NCBI GenBank assembly: GCA_044892505.1
Contig: CM097882.1
Span: forward strand, 433,256,001-433,320,000
Source: Schmidtea nova
Taxonomy: Eukaryota
Length of the DNA stretch: 64,000 nt
Reading direction: 5' to 3'
In this document: piece by piece, positions 13,101 through 23,400 of the stretch
Layout: every line of letters begins with the position of its first letter
How positions within the stretch are numbered: the first letter of the stretch is position 1
Notes under the pieces: generated by a model
Databases searched by the model: none
Seen by the model: only the letters and a program-made list of their open reading frames with translations
Told to the model about the DNA's origin: nothing
Made by a program: the position numbers and the translations under genes

Positions 13101-16100
13101 GTTTTATTTTTCCATAGCAATCTCTTTAAGTTAAAATAAATTTCTATAGTTATTTCATTTGTCTATTTATTTATAACAGAGTATAGAATTACTTAGTGAT
13201 TTGGAAACATATTTTAATTTATGGAGGCTAGTAGAGTTTTTTCCGGTGTTTTAAAACAATGATGTGGCAAATGAACAAATCGAGTTGCTATATATTGATA
13301 TAAATGATACGGAGGTACACGTGGTCATAATCTCAATTTTCGAAAATTTGAGTGAATGCTTGATTATTTAAATCAGATTTGGATGAATATTTGAATTGTG
13401 ATCTATCTAATTTATCAAATGGATACACTGTTGAAATCGATTTAAATATACAGTATTTTTTTGAAAATAAACCGTTGCAGCCTAAAAAAGTTTGAATAAA
13501 GTTGAAAATAAGTGTAGGAGTATGTTATTTTATGTAGTATGCAAGCGCTAATTAAAAATGCACTTAATTCTTGGTGTGCAAGTAGGCTTGCAGGTGTACG
13601 TTATTTTGGCTTACAAAATAATAATGTACGTTATTTACGGAATTAGTGAAAACGTACCTAAAGGTACGTTTAATTACTGATTATATTTTAAGTCGCACAC
13701 ATTTTTTAAAAATTGTTGTAATTTAAATCAAATAGTATAAAAAATACGCGAAAAAGGAAACAAAAATCAACCATTTACACATTAAGAATATAGTTTCGTT
13801 TATATTATGCTGCGTTTTTGTTTAAAGGGGAAAATTTACCATTTGTTTAAAGTTCAACTTTAATGAAGCAGCGTTTTTGTATTCTTAAAGTATTATTTCT
13901 GGAATATTTGTTAAAAAAAGTATTTAAATTAGGCTTGCCAGGTGTACGTTATTTTTTGTATGTACGTTTTTTTCGAAATTTTTATCTGGCAAGCCTATGT
14001 GGAAGTAACAAAAATTCATAGAGCTATTAAATTCGGCAATATTCAAACTGTGTAGATACTTATACTAATTTAAGTTTACTACAAGTTGGTAGAAAGTTTG
14101 AACAAATAAAAAATAACGTAATGATGACAATGTATAAAACTACATTTTTTGTATAAAGATATAATTTGTTTTGATAATCTTAGTTATATGGATAAAAAAA
14201 GATTTGGTGATGTCTAAATTGAGAATTTACGAGTTATAGTATAAACCAGAGGTGGGGAACCCGCGGCCTTTTGGCTATTCTAGTGCGGCCTTTTGAGTAA
14301 TACCGATTTTTTTATTTGTATTTGATAAGATTTATGATGAGAATAAATTATTTCAAAATCTGTGCTATTTTCTTTATTATTTCAAAATCTGTGCTATTTT
14401 CTTTATCATTTCAAAAAACGTGTTATTTGTTTTATTATTTCGAAGAACGTGCTATTTTTTATTATTTCAAAATTTGTGCTATTTTTTATATTTTCAAGAA
14501 AAAATTTGCTATTTTTTTAATTTTCACTTTATATAATTTTGTTTGTGTTACAACTCTGTTTGTGTCAAAGAAGATCAAGAGATCGCTAAAGGACGAAAAC
14601 AGATTATTTAACGAGGACTGGGAATTGGAATATTATGTTGTTTCTGTTAAAAATAAAATGATTTCTTTACTTTGTGATACTACTATATCAACATTGAAAA
14701 AATTCAATGCTCATCAGCATTATAGTACTCATAAGGACCACAATATAATAAATTAGATTTGTAAATATATATTTTTTTCATAAAAGATTATTTTAAATTG
14801 CGTTTTGGCTAATTTATAATGTGAATTAAAATTAATAGTTTATAGGGGGGGGTCAACGTTTTATTTACTGCGGCCTTATGTTAAATCAGATAAGTGAATG
14901 TAGCCTCTGGTATAAACAGTTGGCCAAATATCAAAGAAACTTAGTTGTGATTTTAAAACCTGATAATCAATAAAAACAATAAAACGTAAAAAATTAAACA
15001 TGCAGACTGTTTTATATTTGTGTGTAAAGTCTGGTTTTGAAATGTGTTCAACAAAATAGAACAAAACCGCAAAATAAAAGGAAATAGAAAATAAAGAAAA
15101 TAATATTAATAAAGAAAACTAAAGAAATAAAATAACAAAAAGAATTTAACCGGATAATAAAAATAATAAATAAAAACAATAAATCAGGGGTGTCAAACTC
15201 GCGGCCCTCGGGTACCCGTGGGATTTTTCATTTTATTTTTACTATTACTATTGTTATTATTACGTATTTTTAAATCAGTTTTGAATAAAATTACAAATTA
15301 TTTCATAAACAGAAAATTGAAATATTTCATTTGTTATTGTGATTTTATTTTTCATTTGTTTTAACTTATCAATTTGTAAAATTAGATTTGTTATTTTTGT
15401 GAATTAATTGAAGAATAAATCATTTGAATATAATCCATTTGTTTTAAAGTACAACATAAGATAATTTTCAAAATAAAGCAATTAATTGCTTTTTGTATTC
15501 AATTTGTCAAAACGAAAAATCTCTGATGAGCACTGAAATTTTCAAGGAAAGTGGGAATAGGAATATTTTTGTTGTGAAGGAAAAGATAAAATAATTTGCT
15601 TGATATGCAATAATACTATTAATGTACCAGAGATATATAACATTAAACGTCACTATGAACAACATAAATCAATATATGATAAATATGAAGGATTAATGAG
15701 AGAAGAAAGATTGGGACTGAAAAAACAGAAATCTATGTAGTTCAAGAAAATGAATCAGTGGTGGATGCAGCCTATGAACTCAGTCGAAAGATCGCCATGA
15801 GCGGGAAATCTTACAGTGAATGAAATTTCCTAAAGCAATGTCTTGTGAAAACGGCTGGCATTGTGTTCCCACAGAAAGCGCAGTTATTTAATGACTAGTA
15901 ACACTATTGCTGGACGTATTGATGAAATGGCGGATAATCTGAAACAACAATTGAAGGCTGCATCATGCAAATTTTGGTACTTGTTCATTATCGGGACCCC
16001 CAGAAAATTTTAATAATTTAGTACGTTTTTATATTATTTGTAAAGTGAATATTTGAAATAAATAGTTGCATTTATTTTATCGTTTGGTCTAATTTTAGAA

Positions 16101-19100
16101 GACATTTTTAAATAATATTTAATTATGATATTCCAAATAAAGGGAGTGTTTTTGTTTAATGCTATATTGTTAATACACCAAGTCATAGACAGTACTTCAA
16201 CTATTTTGATTAGAATGAATATCTTTAACTTGCCGAGCACCGAGGAGGAGGCCGTTACGTTTCTTCAAGAGAAGGGTATCTTGCCGGCCAATCGATTCTG
16301 TCCGAACGGTCACGAAATGAAACTCTACTTTGGCACATGCATTTTTTGGAAATATAACATCAAGTCTTGCAAGAAGAAAGTCAACATGCGCGATGGAAAC
16401 TGGTTCGCCGACACTCGTTTGCCATTCGTCACAGCCGTTTGCTTCTTCTACGGTTGGGCCAAAGAACTGACTTCAATCAAGTGGTGCAACGAGGATCTGA
16501 GCATGGCTCAGGCGACTACAGTCGATTGGAACGCGTACATGAGAGGTACCGTCGCCGAGCAGTTAAGCCAACGTCCACAACAGAAGATCGGAGGCGAAGA
16601 AACAATTGTGGAAATTGACGAGTCAATGTTCACCAAGCGCAAGAACAATGCAGGACGGGTATTGCCTTGACAGTGGATCTTTGGATAACTTTGCCGTGAT
16701 ACAGGTGAGTGCTTCCTTGTTCAAGTTCAAGACCGAAGCGCGAAAACTCTGATGAAAGAGATCAAGAAGCACATCAAGAAGGGCACAACCATCTTCTCAG
16801 ACAGTTGTCGCGCTTATAAGTCAAAGGAGCTGGGAAAAGCCGGATTCGAGCACTTCGAGGTCAACCACAAGTACAGCTTCGTGGATACGGACACCGGCAC
16901 TCACACCCAGACCGTCGAAAGTATGTGGGGATCGGCCAAGTGGCGCAACAAGAAACACCGAGGCACCGCACGTCATTATTAGGAGTCGTATTTGGCTGAG
17001 TTCATGTGGCGCAAGCATGTTGCCAGAGAGGATGTTTTCGAGGCTTTGTTAGAAGCAATTGTCGCAGACGCAGTAGTTGTAATTGTTGAATTAAATGTTT
17101 TCACCGAATTTTTGATTTTTTACTGAGGGTCCCGATAATGAACAAGTACCCAAATTTTAACATTTTTCTATTTGGAAAACTGTTGGAGACTGTTGACATC
17201 ACAGGAATCGCACAGCTCGCAGTGTTCATCAGGGCCTGCGATGCTGAATTCAATGATTACGAAGAACTTATCGAATTGATTCCAAAACACGATAGAACAA
17301 GAAGCGATAACATTTTTGAAAAAGTCGAGGAGATTTTGGATGACTATGATTTGGATTTGAGTAAACTTGTATGCTTATCAACTGACGGTGCAAAGAATAT
17401 GTCTGGCAGACATAATGGTGTTGCTGTCAAATTGGGAACAAAAATTAAGAAGTTGTATCCAGATTCATTATTTGACCATTTACACTGAATTATTCATCAG
17501 ACAATTTTGTGTTCGAAAACATTAAAATTGGACCGCGTACTTAGTTAGGTTACAAAAACAGTTAACTTCATTAAAAAATGCTCTCAACCATCGTCAATTC
17601 TGTCAGCTGTTAGAAGATATGGATAATGAATTAACAGATGTTCCATTCTACACAGCAGTTCGGTTCGGTCATAAAGTGTTGAAAGACAAGAAATCATTTT
17701 ATGTTTAGAGATAAAAGGATATAAAAAAATAAAGGATGACAGTTGGGTCCATTATCTAGCATTTGCTGTAGACATTACTGCACATTTAGGTGATCTTAAT
17801 TTGAAATTACAAGGCAAAAACAAGCTCATCGCTCAGTTGTATGATGATATCAAATTCTTCATTACAAAACTTAACTTATGGAAGACACAGTTGTCACGTG
17901 AAAATTTTGTTCATTTTTCTACCAGCAAAGAACTCAAAAACAATGTCAATACTGTATCCATACTGTGTCCATACTTACCTTTTCTAAATACGAAAGTCAC
18001 CTGGATTTGTTATTGGAAGAATTTCAGAATAGATTTAGTGATTTCTCATTTTTGGATGAACAATTTCCATTATTCTCGGCACCACTCAACTTTGACGTTG
18101 TAAAAGCAGAAGAAAACTTGCAAATGGAATTAGTAGAAATGCAGTCAGATTCTACGCTCAGAGCTAAGTATGTAGAGGTGGGGAAAGCTGATTTTTATTC
18201 ATACCTCCTTAAAACCTATACGAACTTAAAAAACTGTCAATAAAAATTATGGCAATGTTCGGTTCCACTTATTTGTGCGAACAGTTATTTTCATTTATGA
18301 AATTAACAAAAACATTTGTCATCCCTAATGAAGGTGGGAACGACAAATACATTTAAGTCAAATATAAAAACAATTGTTATGAAAAAGAGGCATCAAGTCT
18401 CAGGGCAAAAATGATAGTGTTTGTAATAAATAAATTGTTTTGTATGATTATGTAATTTGTTTAAATTTTTCATTTCATCCTTCATAATTTCGATCAAAAT
18501 TACTATATTTAGTGTTATGAGGCAATAGCTTAATGTAGCCGTTGTAGTAAGTAGTAAGTAAATTAATTAAATATAATACGAAATGTTACAGTGATTCTTG
18601 AGTTTTTTGATGTGGCCCACGGGCGTACTCAAAATTCAAGAAGGTTTGAGAGACAGGAAGAGTCCAAAGATTAACCACCTCACCACAGTGGCCCACCAGT
18701 TGTAGTCTCATAAGATGAAAACAAATAAATGCAGATTGAGGCATAAAATGATGCCAGTGATAAAGTAAGGGTTAATGAACTCAATTTGTGTCTCTGGTAA
18801 AATCAGCATACTATTTTAAAGTTACATGATGAAAGAGTCTTGATTTTAAGCTGCAACTGTTTGAAAACGATATTAGAACTTTAACTTTTCTAGAAAAATG
18901 ATAACAGTACATCTTAAAGCAATGTTGTTGCAAAATCTAAATTTATTGCAGCGAAGAATAGCATGTACATTTGTAATTATTGGTTTAAATTTAAATTTAA
19001 AAAAAGGGTTATACTTTAGTTTACCAAAATATTTTTATAAATGAAATTTATTTTGAATGAGAAAGATTAACACTTGAAAATTTTGATATTTATGACAGAT

Positions 19101-19882
19101 CGAAGACAACTTAGAAAAATAGTAAGGAATTTAAATTCCGTTTAATACCGGTTTAACAATTGACAAAATGATAAATATTAATAAAATAAACACTATAAAT
19201 AAATAAATAAAATTTATTATCACTATAATTAACTAACCGTATCCACCAACACCAGTAAAGCCCGCAATTCATAAAGTGATCCAATTCCTTTGATCCGTGT
19301 AAAGATATAACTTGGTTTCACTTTGTGATAACTCAAGCTAATTTAATAGAAAATATATTCAATAAAATCTCCCATTAAACACCATCTTACCTCAAAAACA
19401 ATGCGCAAGAAGTTCTACTCATGATGAAATCCGGCTCGATTTCATCAAAACTCCATCTGACATTCCTCAGACAATCGATTACACCGTTACCTTTCTATAC
19501 AGAACAAATATATGTATAAAAAACTTTTATAAAAAATTGCCTGTCGGTGATTGACAATTAATTGCGATGAAAGGCTAAGATAACAATAATAAAAAGATGA
19601 AAACAGATGAAAACTGTTACATTGGAGCTAAATTAGCAGATGTTGAAGGAGAATTATCATGAAATTCATTTACAGGAGTAATGCTAGCGTTTTTAAAGGT
19701 TTTTGGTCTTTGCTCTTGTGAAGAAGGTATATAGCCATCAATTTTACCGGCCTTATACATCTGGAACAAGCTGCCCTTCTTTATTCATTAATTAATCACA
19801 TAACTTGTATTAAAATATCTACTTCCATAACAGGTGATTCTATGTCAGTTGTAATGGTATTTAAAAGACCATCTTCTTTCAT
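3631..19882 (-). CDS. ERCC1: DNA excision repair protein ERCC1, complete spliced gene (9 exons, 283 aa)
   Basis: Manual splicing on the minus strand. Exons: 19823-19882, 19621-19778, 19541-19574, 19391-19494, 19238-19337, 4082-4158, 3841-4036, 3729-3797, 3631-3684; total 852 nt, all phases consistent. The translation includes HRQKGNGVIDCLRNVRWSFDEIEPDFIMSRTSCALFLSLSYH...LLVLVDTVDSTQEIRELSQLC...MLLAWSNDEVARYLESFKMFENKPPDIL...SINKTDARTLMETFGSIE...CPGLGALKAKNLYDLF. This is colinear with the ERCC1 central domain and tandem HhH domain. The two N-terminal exons are less certain than the rest. Confidence 0.93.
4960..5430 (+). pseudogene. hAT (Buster/SPIN/GTF2IRD2-like) transposase remnant inside the ERCC1 giant intron
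   Basis: A frameshifted reading gives AID..D and DTAQLLIFVR, resembling the FSLALDESTDxxDTAQLxIFxR motif. Confidence 0.55.
6165..6556 (+). mobile_element. Internally deleted non-autonomous hAT
   Basis: The left end resembles GAACCT..CCCGCG..CCACTAGCGGCCC and the right end is TGTGGCCC...GAGTTTGACA. Between them is a transposase C-terminal fragment, TRLTEEHLGSILKI. Confidence 0.55.
7130..9560 (+). mobile_element. Degraded Ty3/gypsy pol (RT, RNase H, integrase)
   Basis: LLKAYYQIPV..KTAVLTPIGLFE..MPFGLRNSAQAF (RT); HTGHKPLIY...NIIADCLSR (RNase H); QHLRTTAYHTQTNSLVERFH (integrase). Many stops and frameshifts. Confidence 0.88.
9700..10060 (+). pseudogene. Mariner transposase N-terminal remnant
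   Basis: Degenerate LVEEN..ST.ELAN and GKVKKLGKCVPE (WVPHEL-like) followed by EHLTRYNRDPFWNRIV. Confidence 0.65.
10206..10487. mobile_element. Possible small non-autonomous piggyBac
   Basis: TTAA at 10202-10205 and 10488-10491, flanking imperfect inverted ends (CCATTTTAAATGCC / reverse complement CCCATTTTACGCC). Confidence 0.4.
11457..12953 (+). mobile_element. Possible long LTR-like segment (unassigned)
   Basis: A block visibly GC-richer than its flanks, bounded by TGTG...CACA. TATATAAA is followed by two AATAAA close to the CA end. No matching TSD (ATAGT vs GAAAA). Confidence 0.35.
13585..13997. mobile_element. MITE with TAGGCTTGCCAG termini; left end present twice
   Basis: TAGGCTTGC(C)AGGTGTACGTTATTTT occurs at about 13585 and 13930. 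The inverted CTGGCAAGCCTA ends at 13997. Confidence 0.6.
14246..14930 (+). mobile_element. Non-autonomous hAT with BED-like N-terminal fragment
   Basis: Left end CAGAGGTGGGGAACCCGCGGCC; fragment NRLFNEDWELEYY...LLCDTTISTLKKFNAHQHY; degenerate right end near 14930. Confidence 0.6.
15976..17150 (+). mobile_element. Merlin (IS1016/ISXO2-like) DNA transposon, 1175 bp
   Basis: 28-bp TIRs GGTACTTGTTCATTATCGGGACCC(C/T)CAG (27/28 match) at 15976-16003 and 17123-17150. Perfect 8-bp TSD CAAATTTT at 15968-15975 and 17151-17158. Confidence 0.93.
16215..17090 (+). pseudogene. Merlin/ISXO2-like transposase with two in-frame stops
   Basis: CPNGHEM...C..CKKKVNMRDGNWF, IGGEETIVEIDES, GTTIFSDSCRAY, VNHKYSFVD...HTQTVESMW, YLAEFMWR. 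Stops occur in VLP*QWIFG*LCRD. Confidence 0.88.
19238..19882 (-). CDS. ERCC1: ERCC1 exons 1-5 (disordered N-terminus and first half of central domain)
   Basis: Five exons with introns of 44, 46, 46 (GC-AG) and 53 nt. They encode RQ|KGN...PDF...CALFLS|LSYH...LLVLVD. Confidence 0.9.
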
Positions 19883-20197
19883 TTTTAAAATAAAAATTTA
19901 TTATTAATATTTAAACAAGGATAATTTTGTTTACAGAATAATTTTTTATATATTTTTTTAATCAAGATACATTTAATATTTTAAATTGTTAAATTATTTT
20001 TGTGAGAATTTATTAAAATTATTATTTTATATTTTGATAATAAATTTATTACTACAAATTATAATAGTGCTAAAATGTGCATTATTGTGATAGGCCACAA
20101 TTGTGTTTATACACAGGAAGGTATCATAGATACAACTGAACACACGTTTAAATATCTAATAAGATCATATTTTAGTGATATTTCGAACCAATAATAG
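19883..20197. promoter_or_regulatory. Putative bidirectional promoter between ERCC1 and the coiled-coil gene
   Basis: 315 bp between the divergent ATGs at 19882 (-) and 20198 (+). Inferred from gene arrangement only. Confidence 0.55.
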
Positions 20198-20404
20198 ATG
20201 GATAATATTAATAATTTAGTGAACGACGTTATGAGTGGTGATGATGAGCGACTTAGTTATAGGTCATCGAAAAGTTCCGATAGTGACTCAACAGTTATCT
20301 CCCACGACGATAGGATTTTAAACTCTTTAATCAATGAAAGTGAAACAGTCACTAAAAGTTTATTGAATCTCAATTCTTATCAAAGCCTCATATCCGAAGA
20401 AAAG
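20198..20404 (+). CDS. Probable first exon of the coiled-coil gene (Ser/Asp-rich N-terminus)
   Basis: MDNINNLVNDVMSGDDERLSYRSSKSSDSDS...ISEEK, 69 codons, then a GTACTC donor and AT-rich intron-like sequence. Confidence 0.65.
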
Positions 20405-23400
20405 GTACTCATCCTATTTATTTTATATTTAAAAATAATTAACTAAATTTTTAAAAAATGTCTAAGTTATAGGGTAAAATTTTATTTTTCTATAAAAGTT
20501 ATAAAATAATTCAATAAATATAAATATATTTGATGAAAGAATAAATATAATAGTGCTAATTTTCTTATAAATAATGTCTTGTAAATTTACTAAGTTGATA
20601 ATGTTAACCTTTAATTTATTGAGCAATCGTTAAGTTTATATAATTTACCATGAATGTTTAAGAAGACCAACGAGGAACTTGGATTACTTCTGAAATTTTT
20701 ATAAAATTATTTAATAACTGTTTTCTAAAACAAAATCAAACTACTTATGCATAAATAAATAAAAATCACCACAAAAATGATTCAAAATGATGAAATGAAA
20801 ATAAAGAATTTCTGTAAAAAATTGAGTTGGTAGAATTCTTTTTAAAAAATAACGAAATAATAAATAATTGCATAAAATGGGATAGGCGGAATTAAAATCT
20901 GTAAATCTTACCAAGGCGGACTAGAATTTTTGAAACAACATAACGATTTTTAAAGAATTTGTTTTAGAACAAAGATAAAAACAAAAAACCGATAATTTAT
21001 TAAAAATTGAATATAAAATACGCTAGCTGAGTTAATGAAAAAATCAACAAAATGAAAAGATTTATTGAAAAGATAAAGACAGGAATGAAAGGCACCAAGA
21101 TGTACGAAATAACGTCATTATATGATTTACAAATTAGATTTAATTTTAATCCGCAAACAAATAAGCTGAAGAGGACTGGCTTTATGCCACTCTTAAAAGA
21201 ACGATTTTTTTGGGTAAGCAGACAGATACTCTTTTCGAGCTCGACAGAACATAGTGCAACTATTTATCGATAGTGTCAATAGAAAATAATATTATGGAAT
21301 CTTTAATATGATGATATAATTAAAGAATTCCTAGTCGCAAAATGTCAAAGAATATTGTTTAAATAAAAAGCTGAAAGTCATTTTTTTGATACTTTTGTGA
21401 AAATGCTTTTTAATTGTATAGTCATATTAATCATATTTCAAATTCCTTTTTTGAAGTTTATAACTTAAGGTGATTAAATTTTGCCGCATATTAAGGAACA
21501 GATGTGGATAATAAATATTTAAAGTGTGAATTCTTTATGATTTTATGACAACAATTATACACCACCTCAGGGCAGCTGACATTCTTAAATGGACTTTAAA
21601 ATTGAATCACGAAAACATGTTTTTATAATAAAAGTAATTTATTGTAATAAAAGTAATAATTACAATATAAATTTTAATTTCAGTTAATAAGTTACATATT
21701 AAAACAAACAAAAATTTATTTTAAAAAAAAGTTAGTAGCAAGTTCTGTAAATTCTTGCAAATCTCATTACTTTTCAATTGGATAAACTTAACATGGCTTT
21801 GCAGTGTAAACAGATCGCAAAACCTATTCCATGTAATATTATTCAAAATATACTGCCTGTTTTTATATAATCTTTATGCATGTTATTGTAAGCGTATGTA
21901 TTTTTTTTTAAAAAAATTTAAAATTAGTAATTGTGAAAAAAATTATAATTGCATTCATGTGTTTTATTAGGATTCATTTTTGTTTGTTCAATATAAATTA
22001 AAAGATCGAAAGTCGTGATAGAAACAAAGTATTTTCTTCTTAATTTATATATGAAGAATTAATTTAAAACCAAGTAATATTTCGAACAATTTCAACATAC
22101 CGCCACATTACTATAGTTCAATAAGAATACATTTTACATCTCTTTCCTTTTAATAATCTTTTCTTTATGGGCTAGCTTCATAATACTGGTGTTTTTAATG
22201 TTCATTCTTCTGACAATGATTAAATTTGACATTCTGATCTTTAATGGCCTTCCTCTCTGCTATTCAAATATCTTCGTTCGCAATTACCTTGGTTTAAATA
22301 AACATTTCTTCTAATCGGTCCGTTAACATGTCTCGAGAGGCATTAATGTTTTTTTGAAATTATCATTGATTTCTAGCATTTTAACATTCATTTCGATTTC
22401 CTATCTTTGAACATTTGCTTCCAGTCGTCCCACAGTCCGACTCTGTTCGTTTTTTTCATTCATTTGACGATGATATGGTTTACCTTTGGTTTGTCTTTCC
22501 TTTAACATGGCTGCCTTGGCATAGTTCTTCTTTAAATAATGTATAGCAGCAATATTTTTGATTTCTCTTTCTCTTTTGTATCATCATATTTGACCCACCG
22601 ATTTTTAATTAAAGGAGTCTAATAAACTGCATCATAGGCGTGGTAGACATGGTAGTATTTGTTTTGGTTTTGGTCATTATAAATTAAACAAATTGAAAGT
22701 TGTGATAAATAAGATATATTATATAAACAAAGTATTTTCTTAATTTATATATTGAGAATTAATTTAAACCCACGTAATATTTCTAACAATTTCAACGTAC
22801 AACCACACTCCAATAGGAAAATATAAATACTATAAATATGAATAGTTTATAAAAAAGTATCTTACATGTTTAATTATCTTAGCTTGGCTATGAGTGTTAT
22901 TATTATAATTAATACTCCTTCCGTTACAAAAAAACTGTCTATTCATATTAATAAAATTATCATTGAAAAATAACAAAAACGCATCTACAATACAATCTAT
23001 GTACTTGCATGGATGTAAGACAACTTTATTTATGACTCCTATAATAATATTATGAGCAGCAGTTTGGTCCATGATATATGGTATAGAGTTCCACTCTGTA
23101 CCATCTTTATCAACTTGCGAAATATGATTTTCGTTATCACTTTCTTCACTACCTTTGCTCACAAACATTTAATCACAAGCTTCTGAAGCAGTTTCTAATT
23201 GGTCACTTTCACTATCAGATAGATTATTTTCATTTTTCTTCTACATTCCTTCAATTTCTATTTCGTCTACACTACTTTCTTCTTAAGAAGTCAGTATTTC
23301 TGCTGCAGTTTATTTAATTCTTTAAGACATCCTTGAAGAAAACATACAATTTGCTATCTGAACAGAATAATATTATAATTTCTTACCAGTTTTTAGAAAA

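Larger units (their letters stand above)
15185..18650 (+). mobile_element. hAT (SPIN/Buster/GTF2IRD2-like) element, degraded, interrupted by a Merlin insertion
   Basis: Left TIR CAGGGGTGTCAAACTCGCGGCCC. Transposase pieces include CLICNN, TVDITGIAQLAVFIRA, CLSTDGAKNMSG, FAVDITAHL..LNLKLQG and MFGSTYLCEQLFS. The right end is degenerate. Confidence 0.85.

Noticed and set aside
20560-21990. Possible additional exons or a transposon remnant (ORFs 21052-21273, 21755-21970)
   Set aside because: No consistent splice path or recognisable motif was found.
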